This document shows, in pieces, positions 1 to 10,053 of a DNA stretch of 64,000 nucleotides. This DNA is from Endomicrobiia bacterium. GTDB taxonomy: Bacteria; Elusimicrobiota; Endomicrobiia; DTEH01. The stretch's first letter is position 1. Each line of letters opens with the position of its first letter. The notes beneath the pieces were generated by a model that ran no database searches, was not told where the DNA came from, and was given only the letters and a program-made list of their open reading frames with translations. The position numbers and the translations under genes are program-made. Location: the NCBI GenBank assembly GCA_025059805.1, contig JANXDG010000030.1, positions 10,646 to 74,645 on the forward strand, read 5' to 3'.

Positions 1-810
1 CTCAGGTTTGCGAAAACCAATATGTTCAGGAGTAAGTTCAACACATACTGCACGGTTAGAAGAATCAGCTAAAGTAATTATTGCACCGTTAGGATACCTA
101 AAAGATTTAATAAACATAATAGCTTCCTCTACACTACTACATCGTTCTAATAGTTGTTGCACAAGAATTGTAATTGGAATTCTTATTTGTGTTTTCTCTG
201 TTGACAAACCGTAATTATAAAGGACGACCAGTCCTTTCTCATTCATACCATCATGTGCACCTGCAATTTGTTTATATGTAATCTCAATACTTTTGTATCC
301 ATTTCTAGGTTTACTGATACGCACTAAATGGTCAGAAGAAAAATCGTTCAAATAATCAAAATTTTTCCCGACAATCATCTGTGGTGATCTAATAACATTT
401 TGTAAAACACATATAGAACTGCATCCGAAAATTAGAAAATCACATCTTTTAATTGCAGCAGTAGTAGCAACTTCAGATTTTTCAACAAAATATCTCACAT
501 CATCCGCCATAACTTCAATAGACTGAATTACATAAAGATCAGAAAGGTCAACTTTTGCACCTTCTGCAATACCTTTAATTCTTTGCGAATACTCAGGTAG
601 CAAAATTTCAATTGCTTTCTTCCACTTCCTATAAAGTAAATGTTTCAGTAGTTGTCCAAAAACAAAGGTTGGTACTAAAGGTGGTTTTATACTTTTTATT
701 GATTTTGATCTTATTAATCTTACAAAACTTGTTCTGATATCATTTGCAAAAAATTCGCCTTGCTTAAAACCCATCTCATAGTAAGAACCTTCAACTCTAA
801 GGAAGTTCAT
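1..810 (-). CDS. C45-family Ntn-hydrolase / acyl-CoA:6-aminopenicillanic-acid acyltransferase-like protein, 3'-partial (continues beyond window start)
   Basis: Open reading frame on the minus strand from ATG at 808-810 to position 1 with no stop (absent from the ORF track because it is truncated). N-terminus MNFLRVEGSYYEMGFKQGEFF matches the GxxYExGxxxG opening of the C45/AAT family. It has a later Gly-Cys (FGCSS) candidate nucleophile and a GMNEKGL motif. Confidence 0.5.
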   Translation of the reverse strand, partial: MNFLRVEGSYYEMGFKQGEFFANDIRTSFVRLIRSKSIKSIKPPLVPTFVFGQLLKHLLYRKWKKAIEILLPEYSQRIKGIAEGAKVDLSDLYVIQSIEVMADDVRYFVEKSEVATTAAIKRCDFLIFGCSSICVLQNVIRSPQMIVGKNFDYLNDFSSDHLVRISKPRNGYKSIEITYKQIAGAHDGMNEKGLVVLYNYGLSTEKTQIRIPITILVQQLLERCSSVEEAIMFIKSFRYPNGAIITLADSSNRAVCVELTPEHIGFRKPE

Positions 811-901
811 AAAAGATTAGAGCGTTTTTGAGAATAATAGAGTACACGTGAGAAAATTATACATTTTACCAAGATAGTAATTTACTTGGTTTTATAAAAA
901 G

Positions 902-2149
902 CTAATCTTTAATACCCTTATATTCTTTGACAGCTTTTATTAACTCAGGAACAATTTCGTAAAGGTCACCTTCAATACTATAGGTTGCTATCTTCATCAT
1001 TGGAGCTGACGGATCCTTGTTTATTGCTACAATAATTTGTGACGAACTCATACCAACTAAATGCTGAATTTGTCCAGAGATACCACAGGCAATATAAAGT
1101 TTAGGTGCAACTGTCCTTCCTGTTTGTCCAACTTGATGAGAATACGGTATCCATCCTGCGTCAACTGCAGCACGGGAAGCACCTACCGCACCACCTAAAA
1201 GATCTGCAAGTTCTTCTAACAGTTTAAACCCGTCGGGTCCGCCGAGACCACGTCCGCCAGAAACTATTATATCAGCCTCGGCTAAGTTTACCTTCGCAGT
1301 AGTATCTTTTATGAACTCTAAAAATTTCGTTCTTATTTTAACTTTTGAAAAATCATATTGTACCTCTATAATTTCACCATTACGCGAAGTGTCTTTCTGT
1401 AAAGGTTTAAAAACTTTATGTCTTACGGTAGCCATCTGTGGTCTATGTTTAGGTGTGAGAATTGTTGCCATAATATTACCACCAAAAGCAGGCCGTGTCT
1501 GCAACAAATTTCTCGTCGTAGGGTCAACATCAAGTCCCGTACAGTCAGCAGTAAGACCTGTCCTTATCTTTGCTGCCACACGACTTGCAAACGACCTACC
1601 AATGTTTGTCGCTCCCATAAGAACAATCTCGGGTTTCTCTTTCTGGATTAACCAAGATAATACTGCTGAATAAGGTTCATCAAGAAATTCCTTTAGTACA
1701 GGATCATCAACTATGTATACAATATCGCTACCGTAATATATTAGTTCTTTAGCTAGTTCTTTAATATTATGCCCAAGTAATATACTACAGACTTTGACAT
1801 TAAGTTTTTCAGCAAGTTCTTTACCTTTAGCTATAAGTTCAAATACAACAGGTGATATTGTACCACGATGTTGTTCCGCATATATCCATACATTTTTATA
1901 AACATCCAATGTCGCTGTTACTTGTTCTTCTTTTTTTTCAATTAATATCGCGTTATATCTTTTACAAGCTTCAACACATGCACCACAGTACGTACATTTG
2001 TCAAGATCTATCACTGCAAGCTGTTTCACTGTTCTGCCTGATTCTAACTGGTGTGGAGAATCAACCAATTTGATAGCACCGTAAGGACAAGATTTTATAC
2101 ATAGTCCACATCCTGTACATTTTGTAACAATAACTTCAATTTTATTCAT
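902..2149 (-). CDS. etfA: Electron transfer flavoprotein alpha subunit with N-terminal 2x[4Fe-4S] ferredoxin domain (FixB/EtfA type)
   Basis: N-terminal CTGCGLCIKSCP and CTYCGACVEAC motifs are followed by an EtfA FAD-binding domain (GGRGLG, IACGISGQIQH). AAAGGA RBS lies 8 nt upstream of ATG at 2147-2149. Confidence 0.85.
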   Translation of the reverse strand: MNKIEVIVTKCTGCGLCIKSCPYGAIKLVDSPHQLESGRTVKQLAVIDLDKCTYCGACVEACKRYNAILIEKKEEQVTATLDVYKNVWIYAEQHRGTISPVVFELIAKGKELAEKLNVKVCSILLGHNIKELAKELIYYGSDIVYIVDDPVLKEFLDEPYSAVLSWLIQKEKPEIVLMGATNIGRSFASRVAAKIRTGLTADCTGLDVDPTTRNLLQTRPAFGGNIMATILTPKHRPQMATVRHKVFKPLQKDTSRNGEIIEVQYDFSKVKIRTKFLEFIKDTTAKVNLAEADIIVSGGRGLGGPDGFKLLEELADLLGGAVGASRAAVDAGWIPYSHQVGQTGRTVAPKLYIACGISGQIQHLVGMSSSQIIVAINKDPSAPMMKIATYSIEGDLYEIVPELIKAVKEYKGIKD

Positions 2150-2164
2150 TTTCTTATCCTTTCA

Positions 2165-2956
2165 TTAAATAATTCCATGAGAAGATAATTTTTGTATTAA
2201 CTTCTGTGCAATTTCTTTCGCATCCGCGCCTGTAATTCGTTCACCACCTAGCCTCGGTGGCGGTGTGAAAACTTTAACCACTTGCGTAGGTGAACCCACT
2301 AACCCAATCTTGTCTGTTTCAGCATGAATCGTTTCTTTATTCCATACATGTATTTGTTTTTTCTTTGCTGCAAGCATCCCTTTTAGTGTTGGAAGTCGTG
2401 GCGTATTTATTTCTTTAACCACAGTTATCAACGCTGGAAGTGACATTTCTAAAACGTCAACGCCATCTTCAAGCATTCGTTCAACTTTTATATATCCAGG
2501 TCTTATATCCACAATTTTTCTTACATATGCTACATGAGGAATATCTAACATCTCAGCAACCGAAGGACCAACCTGTGCTGTATCACCGTCAGATGCTTGT
2601 TTACCACAAATAATCAAATCTGCAGGTTCGGGTAACATTTTTATTGCGCAGGATAATGTGTATGAGGTCGCCCATGTATCAGCTCCAGCAAATGATCTAT
2701 CAGTTAATAGTATAGCATCATCGCAACCACGACTTAATGCTTCGCGTAGAGCTTGTTCAGCTTGTGGTGGTCCCATTGTTATTACTGTAGTTATTCCACC
2801 AACGCGTTCTTTTAGTCTTATCCCTTCTTCAATTGCATATTCATCAAACGGGTTAATAATTGATTCTACACCTTCACGTTTTAAAGTTCCAGTTTTTGGA
2901 TCAATCTGTACAGAAGTTGTTGCTGGCACTTGTTTAATGCATACTACAAAATGCAT
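2165..2956 (-). CDS. etfB: Electron transfer flavoprotein beta subunit (FixA/EtfB)
   Basis: N-terminus MHFVVCIKQVPAT..IDPKTG and overall EtfB-like sequence. Lies immediately upstream of and co-oriented with etfA. Confidence 0.85.
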   Translation of the reverse strand: MHFVVCIKQVPATTSVQIDPKTGTLKREGVESIINPFDEYAIEEGIRLKERVGGITTVITMGPPQAEQALREALSRGCDDAILLTDRSFAGADTWATSYTLSCAIKMLPEPADLIICGKQASDGDTAQVGPSVAEMLDIPHVAYVRKIVDIRPGYIKVERMLEDGVDVLEMSLPALITVVKEINTPRLPTLKGMLAAKKKQIHVWNKETIHAETDKIGLVGSPTQVVKVFTPPPRLGGERITGADAKEIAQKLIQKLSSHGII

Positions 2957-2987
2957 TTTAATACCTCCATAATAGTATACAAATAAT

Positions 2988-3395
2988 TTATTCTTTTTCT
3001 GTAGCTATTGCTAATTTTTGAGCACCTGATATCCTGGCTATGTCCATCACTGTCACTACAAAACCATGGCGAACATTTTTATCTGCACGAATTACAACTG
3101 TTCTATCAGAATAATAAGGCAATAAAAGTTTGAGCTGTTCTTCCAAGTTATCAAGTAAAACGGGTTTACCTTCTATAAAAATTTGTTCTTTAGCGTCAAT
3201 AGTTATCATAATTTTTTGCTGAACTTGTATTTCCGATGTTTGTGATTTAGGTAGGTTAACTTTTATCCCCGGTTCCACTATAAATGAAGATGAAAGAATA
3301 AAAAATAAAAGCACTTGGAATACCATATCAGTCATCGGTGCAAGATCTATTAATGTAATTGTGCTTCTATCTCTATATTTTCTGGTTAGTTTCAT
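2988..3395 (-). CDS. ExbD/TolR-family biopolymer transport protein
   Basis: 135 aa with a single N-terminal TM (LIDLAPMTDMVFQVLLFFIL) and a periplasmic domain typical of ExbD/TolR. Overlaps the upstream membrane-protein gene by 23 nt. Confidence 0.65.
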   Translation of the reverse strand: MKLTRKYRDRSTITLIDLAPMTDMVFQVLLFFILSSSFIVEPGIKVNLPKSQTSEIQVQQKIMITIDAKEQIFIEGKPVLLDNLEEQLKLLLPYYSDRTVVIRADKNVRHGFVVTVMDIARISGAQKLAIATEKE

Positions 3396-4362
3396 AGATA
3401 CTGTCTTTACTTACTTTTTTCACTAATGAAATTTCTTTAATAACAAAAATAAGACCAAAAATAAGAACAGGTAACATACCAACAAAATGTGACAACAATG
3501 CAAAAGATAAAGATTTATCTTTCTCTACATTAAAAATACTCAATGCTAAACTTCCCATAAATTCCCAACTTCCAACATAACCAGGTGAAGATGGTATCAC
3601 AACACTTAAAGCAGTAATAGCTTGTATCAAATATCCTGCCCATATGGAAGGTAAATTTATATTCAAAGAATAACAAACCAAAAGCATCCCTGTACTGTAT
3701 CCAGTCCATAACAACAATGTTAATATTATTACTTTCATCAATATTTTTACATTTTTAAAATTATCTATAGCAGAATAAAAATTCTTAAAAAGTGATAATA
3801 TCCTCAACCAGAATTTCTGTTTACTACTAATCTTACCTAAAAAGTGTAGTATTAAATTTCTAAATTTAAAAATAAAAATCACACCTGTTATTAAAAAAAA
3901 CAACACGCTAACACTTAATATAATACTTACCTGCTGTGGCAAAATTATAAAAAAGGAACCAATAATGATGGATATTATTGGCGGGAATAAATCAATAAAG
4001 CGTTCCATTAAAACAGTAGAGAGTGACAAAGATTTTGGCACGCCCGTCTTTTTTGAAACCATATATGCTTGCACAAGATCACCCATACGAAACGGAAGTA
4101 TGTTATTAAAAAATAAACCAATGTTAATTGATTCAAAAAAGTTAATAAGTTTACAATTTTTATATTCTTCTATAAACTGTTTCCAACGATAACTTCTCAA
4201 CAACAAAATAATCATTCCTAACAACACACTACTAATCAAATATCCTATTTTTACTTGTGAAAAGTTGCGCAGTATTAACCCAAAATCAACTTTTCTAAAT
4301 GCTAATAACAAAAGTATTATACTGATAGCTATTCCTAAAATAAACTTAAACCATTTGCTCAT
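3373..4362 (-). CDS. Flippase-like / lysylphosphatidylglycerol-synthase-TM-region (UPF0104) family membrane protein
   Basis: 329-aa polytopic membrane protein. Its N-terminal region resembles the UPF0104/LPG_synthase_TM family. ATGA start/stop overlap with glyS. Confidence 0.55.
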   Translation of the reverse strand: MSKWFKFILGIAISIILLLLAFRKVDFGLILRNFSQVKIGYLISSVLLGMIILLLRSYRWKQFIEEYKNCKLINFFESINIGLFFNNILPFRMGDLVQAYMVSKKTGVPKSLSLSTVLMERFIDLFPPIISIIIGSFFIILPQQVSIILSVSVLFFLITGVIFIFKFRNLILHFLGKISSKQKFWLRILSLFKNFYSAIDNFKNVKILMKVIILTLLLWTGYSTGMLLVCYSLNINLPSIWAGYLIQAITALSVVIPSSPGYVGSWEFMGSLALSIFNVEKDKSLSFALLSHFVGMLPVLIFGLIFVIKEISLVKKVSKDSIYETNQKI

Positions 4363-6497
4363 ATCTGAATGTATTCTAATGCTCCTATAGTTCTAAAAAC
4401 TTTCAATAGGGAATTTAACAACTTAAGCCTATTTTCTGCTAAAGTTATATTTTCATCAAAAACTAGTACTTTATCAAAAAAATTATCAACTATAGGTTTT
4501 AGTTCTATAAATATTTTTATAACCTTGTCAAATTCTTTATTGCTATAAAATCCGCTGATTCTCACTTTTAACTTTTGAGTTTCATCATATAAAACTTTTT
4601 CTTGTTCTAATTTCAGGAGCTCAGTATTTACTGAGTCTTCATATTTAAATCCTTTCTTTTTTGCTTGAATTAATATATTGTTGACCCTTTTGTATAACTC
4701 TATAAGTTTTATAAACTCTGGTTTGCTTCTAAAATTTTTTAATGATGATAACAATAAACTTTTACTAAAAAATTCGCCGTTAAAATCTGCCAATGCTGAT
4801 CTTATCTCATCAATATTATACGCTTCATTAACAAAAATATTTTCCAGCCTCTGTATGAAAAATTTTATAACAGTGTCAATTACAAAAGGATAATCCCATT
4901 TAACTTCCTGCCCAAGTAACATCTTTCTTGTAATTGGATGTTCAAGATAATACTTGACAATTTTTGACAAACAAAGATCAAATTTAAGATCAAAACAAAT
5001 TTTTATAACACTGTCTGCTGTTTTCTTTAAACCGTATACATCCGAAGTACCAGTTGGTAAGTTATCTGTTATAGTCATATCAATAATATCGGAAATCTTA
5101 GATGATAACGAAAATAATATTGATAATGGATGAGTTGGAACTTTATCTTCATAAAACTTTGGTAAATAATGTTCTTCACAACAAAAAGCTATTTCTTGTG
5201 GCAAATTATGCTTTTTACAATATTCACTACAATAAATCCTTCCTGCGGTACCTTGTAATTCAGGATATTCATACACGATCTGTGTTAAAAGATCATTTTT
5301 TATCAACTTAGAAGTAATATCAATAATTTTGCCATCTATATTCAAATTCAACTCTTCATTTAAGAAACCTGCTAATTGTTTTATCCTCAGAATTTTATCA
5401 TAATATGAACTGTCCAATTTTTCATTATAAACAACACCTCTAAGATGTTCAAAATAACTATCAAATTCATATTTACTGTCGGTATTGTAATAATATGCGA
5501 CATCGTCAAGGCGTGCAATGAGCACTTTTTCAAACCCATCCCTTACGACATCAAGATGTTCAGATGAACCATTTTTGACACCAATAAATTCATTCACAAT
5601 TTCCCCTTGCTCAGTATATAACGGGATAAACTTTTGTTTTGTTTTTAAACATATAATTATAAACTCTTGTGGAAGATTAAGAAATTCTTCTGGAAATTTG
5701 CATTCAATACAGGTAGGATATTCAACTATAGAAACTATCTCTGTTAAAAGTTTTGGATCGTTATCGTATTTTAGTTTTTTTCTTACACAAATATTCTCTA
5801 TAGATTTCAATAATGTTTGGTATCGTTTGTCAAAATCGTAAATTATACATTCTTTCTTTAAAATATTGAAATAGGATTCTACTAACGAAAAATTTTTCTC
5901 TCTTTGAATTTTTAATTTTTTAATCGGATAAGTTTTTATACCATAAGTGAAATTTGTTGATATTGAACTTGCAATTTTTATTTTAATAAATTCATTACCA
6001 AAAATTACAACAATATTACGAATTGGCCGTGGAAATTTAAATCTTGTCTCTTCCCAAACCATCATCTTAGGATATGCCAAACCAACGATAAGTTCTTTAA
6101 CAACTTCTGAAATTTTATTTTTTACTTCTTCACCACCAGAAATTTTTTTTACTGCTAAAACTTTACCTTTCTCAGTTTCTTTAATATATACATCTTTCAA
6201 CTCAACACCATATTTTTTCGCAAAACCAACCCCCTGTGGTGTAAACTCACCATTTTTTAGTCCAATAGACACAGGCGGTCCAAGTATTTCATATACTTCT
6301 TTTTTTGTTTGTTCTGATATTTTTTTAACATAAATTATCATTCTTACAGGTGTAATGTACGACTTTATATCACCATATTCAATTTTAAATTTTTCTAATA
6401 CTGATTCTATTACAAAAGGTAGTTGTGCTTTAAAGTTTGACACACAATTTATCGGCAGTTCTTCAGTATAAATCTCTATCAACAAATCTTTTTTCAT
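4359..6497 (-). CDS. glyS: Glycine--tRNA ligase beta subunit
   Basis: 712 aa; N-terminus LLIEIYTEELP is typical of GlyS. Lies directly downstream of glyQ with abutting stop and start. Confidence 0.9.
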   Translation of the reverse strand: MKKDLLIEIYTEELPINCVSNFKAQLPFVIESVLEKFKIEYGDIKSYITPVRMIIYVKKISEQTKKEVYEILGPPVSIGLKNGEFTPQGVGFAKKYGVELKDVYIKETEKGKVLAVKKISGGEEVKNKISEVVKELIVGLAYPKMMVWEETRFKFPRPIRNIVVIFGNEFIKIKIASSISTNFTYGIKTYPIKKLKIQREKNFSLVESYFNILKKECIIYDFDKRYQTLLKSIENICVRKKLKYDNDPKLLTEIVSIVEYPTCIECKFPEEFLNLPQEFIIICLKTKQKFIPLYTEQGEIVNEFIGVKNGSSEHLDVVRDGFEKVLIARLDDVAYYYNTDSKYEFDSYFEHLRGVVYNEKLDSSYYDKILRIKQLAGFLNEELNLNIDGKIIDITSKLIKNDLLTQIVYEYPELQGTAGRIYCSEYCKKHNLPQEIAFCCEEHYLPKFYEDKVPTHPLSILFSLSSKISDIIDMTITDNLPTGTSDVYGLKKTADSVIKICFDLKFDLCLSKIVKYYLEHPITRKMLLGQEVKWDYPFVIDTVIKFFIQRLENIFVNEAYNIDEIRSALADFNGEFFSKSLLLSSLKNFRSKPEFIKLIELYKRVNNILIQAKKKGFKYEDSVNTELLKLEQEKVLYDETQKLKVRISGFYSNKEFDKVIKIFIELKPIVDNFFDKVLVFDENITLAENRLKLLNSLLKVFRTIGALEYIQI

Positions 6498-7370
6498 CTA
6501 TTTTATAGTTTTAGAATCTTCGTGTTCTAAATATTTTTTAGCTACTTTATTTGCCAAAGTTCTTATTTTTGCAATATAATTTACTCGTTCTTCATAGGAA
6601 AGCACACCGCGTGCATCAAGCTGGTTGAATAAGTGTGAACATTTTAACACAAAATCATATGCTACAATATACAAATCTTGTTCAAGCAAACGTAAACATT
6701 CATTATAATGATCTTCAAAATGTTGTTTTATAACTTTATAGTTTGATAACTCAAAATTATATTTACACCATTGACGTTCATCTTCAAAATGTAAATCTCC
6801 ATAACTTAAATCTTTTGTCCATAAAATTTCAAATATAGAATTCTTCTGTTGAGAAATCATAGCAAGCCGTTCCAAACCATAAGTAATCTCGCAAGAAATA
6901 GGATCAAGATCAATACCACCAACTTGTTGAAAATAAGTAAACTGTGTTATCTCCATACCGTCAAGCCATACCTCCCAACCTAACCCCCAAGCACCAAGTG
7001 TGGGTGATTCCCAATCGTCCTCTACAAATCTTATATCATGCTGTTTAATTTTTATTCCAATTGTTTCTAACGAAGCTAAATACATCTGTTGAACATTGTC
7101 AGGAGAAGGTTTAAGTATAACCTGATATTGATAATAATGTTGTAGCCTATTTGGATTTTCAGCATATCTACCATCGGTTGGTCTCCTACAAGGTTCAACA
7201 TATGCTACCTTCCATGGTTTCTTACCTAAACATCCAAAAAATGTCGCTGGATTAAACGTTCCCGCACCTTTTTCTATATCATACGGTTGCCATAAAAGAC
7301 AATCCTGCTTCATCCAAAATTTGTTTAAAGACATTATTATATCTTGAAATAATATTTTCTGTACTTTCAT
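6498..7370 (-). CDS. glyQ: Glycine--tRNA ligase alpha subunit
   Basis: 290 aa; [12 protein letters not shown]...[18 protein letters not shown] is a strong match to GlyQ. Confidence 0.92.
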   Translation of the reverse strand: MKVQKILFQDIIMSLNKFWMKQDCLLWQPYDIEKGAGTFNPATFFGCLGKKPWKVAYVEPCRRPTDGRYAENPNRLQHYYQYQVILKPSPDNVQQMYLASLETIGIKIKQHDIRFVEDDWESPTLGAWGLGWEVWLDGMEITQFTYFQQVGGIDLDPISCEITYGLERLAMISQQKNSIFEILWTKDLSYGDLHFEDERQWCKYNFELSNYKVIKQHFEDHYNECLRLLEQDLYIVAYDFVLKCSHLFNQLDARGVLSYEERVNYIAKIRTLANKVAKKYLEHEDSKTIK

Positions 7371-7383
7371 TTTTGCATTATAC

Positions 7384-8784
7384 TTAAATATTTTTTAACT
7401 GAGGTAAAAACAATTTTGCAATGTTAAAATATATAATTAATCCGCAAACATCAACTATACTGGTTATCAAAGGCGCGGATACTATTGCAGGATCAATCTT
7501 TAGTTTTTTAGAAATGATAGGTAATACAATGCCTGTCACGACACCGAGAAGTACAATAAAGAAAAGTGAAGATGAAACCACAATTGCTAACATTATATTA
7601 CCACCAACACTCAAACCTCTTATAAACCCAACAGTACCGACACCTACACCTAGTAATATCGCTGTAATCAGTTCTAATTTTACTACGGAGAGTATATTTC
7701 TAAAACTAACATCACCAGTAGAAAGACCACGGATTATCAAAGTTGCTGTTTGTGAACCTGCATTTCCTCCTGTGTCTATTAACATCGGAACAAAAAATGT
7801 CAATGCTATAACAGTTGCTATGGCTTTCTCAAACGTTTGTAATACAGATCCACTTAAGAAATTTATAAACAGCAAGATAACTAACCAACCTATCCGTCTT
7901 TTAAACAAATACCATGAAGTAGCATTTTGATATTTAATTTCTTCTTTACCTGCAATTTTACCTATTTCATAGATCTGTCTCGCATTAATCTCGTTTATTA
8001 TATCCACGACATCATCTACTGTAATAACTCCTAATAGTACATCATTATCATCTACAACAGGCGATACAATAAGGTCGTATTTCATAAACAATTTTGCAAC
8101 ATCTTCCACAGATGTTAAGTGGTTCACTTTTATAAAACTTACACTTGACATTATTTCTTTAACTTTTATATCAGACGGTGCTGCGATAAGCTTCCTTAAT
8201 GTTACGCCGCCTAAAAGTTTTCTATTTTCATCAATAACATAAAACGCATGTAAAGATGCATATCTTCTAAACTTTGACAATGCTTGAATGTATTCAATTG
8301 CCTGTCTAGATGTCATATTAGGTGACAGGCTTATAAAATAAGTATTCATTATAGCACCTGCAACACCTTCTTTGTAGTTAAGAGTTTGCTGTATAACACG
8401 TAAATCTTCGTGTTTAATACAACTTAACAGTTTTTTCCTCACCCGGTCAGGTAGTTTTCGGACAAGTTTACCTCTTTCATCTGCAGGCATGTCCTCCACA
8501 AGTTTCTCTAACGGATTTTTATCAAGATTTTCTATAATCCAGCTTTGTTCTTCAGGTTCAAGGTCTTCAAAAACAGCTATTGCCCTATTAGACTTTAAAA
8601 GTCTAAAAATTATAAGTTGTTCTTCTTTATCAAAATTGTGAAAACCTTCAGCTAAATCTATTGGATGAATCTCGTTGATGACATCTTTCAACTCAAAGAA
8701 TTTTTTCTCTTTAATTAACTGTTTTATTTCTGGAACCAATAAAGTAACTGATGAAAAACTTCCATTTTTGTTGTTTTTCAACAT
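7384..8784 (-). CDS. mgtE: Magnesium transporter MgtE
   Basis: 466 aa with an N-terminal MgtE_N domain, tandem CBS domains and a C-terminal five-TM MgtE channel domain. Confidence 0.85.
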   Translation of the reverse strand: MLKNNKNGSFSSVTLLVPEIKQLIKEKKFFELKDVINEIHPIDLAEGFHNFDKEEQLIIFRLLKSNRAIAVFEDLEPEEQSWIIENLDKNPLEKLVEDMPADERGKLVRKLPDRVRKKLLSCIKHEDLRVIQQTLNYKEGVAGAIMNTYFISLSPNMTSRQAIEYIQALSKFRRYASLHAFYVIDENRKLLGGVTLRKLIAAPSDIKVKEIMSSVSFIKVNHLTSVEDVAKLFMKYDLIVSPVVDDNDVLLGVITVDDVVDIINEINARQIYEIGKIAGKEEIKYQNATSWYLFKRRIGWLVILLFINFLSGSVLQTFEKAIATVIALTFFVPMLIDTGGNAGSQTATLIIRGLSTGDVSFRNILSVVKLELITAILLGVGVGTVGFIRGLSVGGNIMLAIVVSSSLFFIVLLGVVTGIVLPIISKKLKIDPAIVSAPLITSIVDVCGLIIYFNIAKLFLPQLKNI

Positions 8785-8826
8785 AATCTCGTTCCCCCTT
8801 GAATTGTTATCTTTTTTTTCAAAAAA

Positions 8827-10053
8827 TTAAAGTTTTCTAACCTTTACTGTCTTTATTACTTTTTCCGTCGCATTTAAGATTTCTACTTCTACATTACCAA
8901 AGACGAATTTCTCTCCTATTTTAGGTACACTTCCAAGTTTTGTCATAACATACCCACCAATTGTAGCAACTTCTTCATCAGAAAATTTGACACCGAATAT
9001 CTGTTCTATAGTTGTAATATTTTCATCACCTTTAACTATCAAAGATTCACCATTAACTTTTCTAATGTTTATTTCTTTCAAATCATACTCGTCGTAGATT
9101 TCACCAACTAGCTCTTCAATAATATCCTCAATAGTTACAAGACCTACGGTAGAACCGTACTCATTTACGACTATTGCTAAATGGTGCTGTCCTTGTTTGA
9201 ATTTCTTTAACACATCAACCACCCTCGCTGTATCTATCACAAAATAAGCTTGACGAATTAAGTCATCTAAAATAATTAGTTCTTTATTTTGCATCGCTAC
9301 TATTAAGTCTTTCGTATAAATAATACCTATTATATTATCAATGTTATCTCTATATACAGGGACGCGTGAGTATTTAATATTTCTTATTCTTTCTATAATT
9401 TCATCCAATGAAGATTTTATCTCTACGGCAACGATTTCTTCTTTGGGAATCATCACTTCATAAATCCTTCTTTCAGCAAGCTCCAACATTTTTACATACA
9501 TTTCTTTACCATCTTGCAATATTTCACCTTTAGATAACAATTCTTCAATTTCATATTTTGTAAAAAACAACGGTTCTTGTTGTTCACCAAAAAAAATTTT
9601 AGAAAAATATATGCTAATATTACCCAAAACTTTCGCTACAGGAGCAAAGACTTTAGTAAATCTTACTAATAATCCTAAACCACTTGAAACAATTCTTTGC
9701 GGATAATACAACGCTAATATTTTTGGAATTATTTCACCAAATACTAAAAGTAAGATTATGGACAATCCTGTCCACAGACCCAAGGATACATTCAGTACAC
9801 CTATACCTACACATGCAAGATTAGTACCAACAAGTATTGTGCCTAATATCAATTCAGGTTGTGCTTCCCAAAAAATTAACCATTTCTTTATACCTTCATC
9901 TACACCAGTTTTACCCGCAGTATACTTCATCAATGCAGTTTCTATACCAGCAAAAAATGCAGACATTAAAATAAAAATTATGTATAAAATTATTTTTATA
10001 TAAACCAAAATATTATTTACCAGCAATCCTGATATCATATTCGTCAAGGACAT
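8827..10053 (-). CDS. CNNM/DUF21 + CBS pair + CorC_HlyC transporter-associated domain protein (TlyC/CorC family)
   Basis: TM CNNM domain (FFAGIETAL), CBS pair and C-terminal CorC_HlyC domain. The ORF-track start at 10062 is TTG; in-frame ATGs lie at 10053 and 10038, and 10053 is chosen here. Overlaps the preceding paralog. Confidence 0.78.
   Translation of the reverse strand: MSLTNMISGLLVNNILVYIKIILYIIFILMSAFFAGIETALMKYTAGKTGVDEGIKKWLIFWEAQPELILGTILVGTNLACVGIGVLNVSLGLWTGLSIILLLVFGEIIPKILALYYPQRIVSSGLGLLVRFTKVFAPVAKVLGNISIYFSKIFFGEQQEPLFFTKYEIEELLSKGEILQDGKEMYVKMLELAERRIYEVMIPKEEIVAVEIKSSLDEIIERIRNIKYSRVPVYRDNIDNIIGIIYTKDLIVAMQNKELIILDDLIRQAYFVIDTARVVDVLKKFKQGQHHLAIVVNEYGSTVGLVTIEDIIEELVGEIYDEYDLKEINIRKVNGESLIVKGDENITTIEQIFGVKFSDEEVATIGGYVMTKLGSVPKIGEKFVFGNVEVEILNATEKVIKTVKVRKL

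Noticed and set aside
8-214. Plus-strand 68-aa ORF
   Set aside because: Lies entirely antisense within the minus-strand C45-like gene, which has recognisable family motifs.
1311-1673. Plus-strand ORFs 1311..1673, 1418..1651 and 1852..2073
   Set aside because: Antisense shadows inside etfA. They are low-complexity with no motifs.
7421-7930. Plus-strand 169-aa ORF
   Set aside because: Antisense to mgtE. Its composition (T/P/S-rich) is typical of the reverse-frame of an AT-rich gene.
8785-8826. Possible M-box (Mg2+) riboswitch upstream of mgtE
   Set aside because: Only 42 nt of intergenic space, whereas M-box aptamers need about 160 nt.
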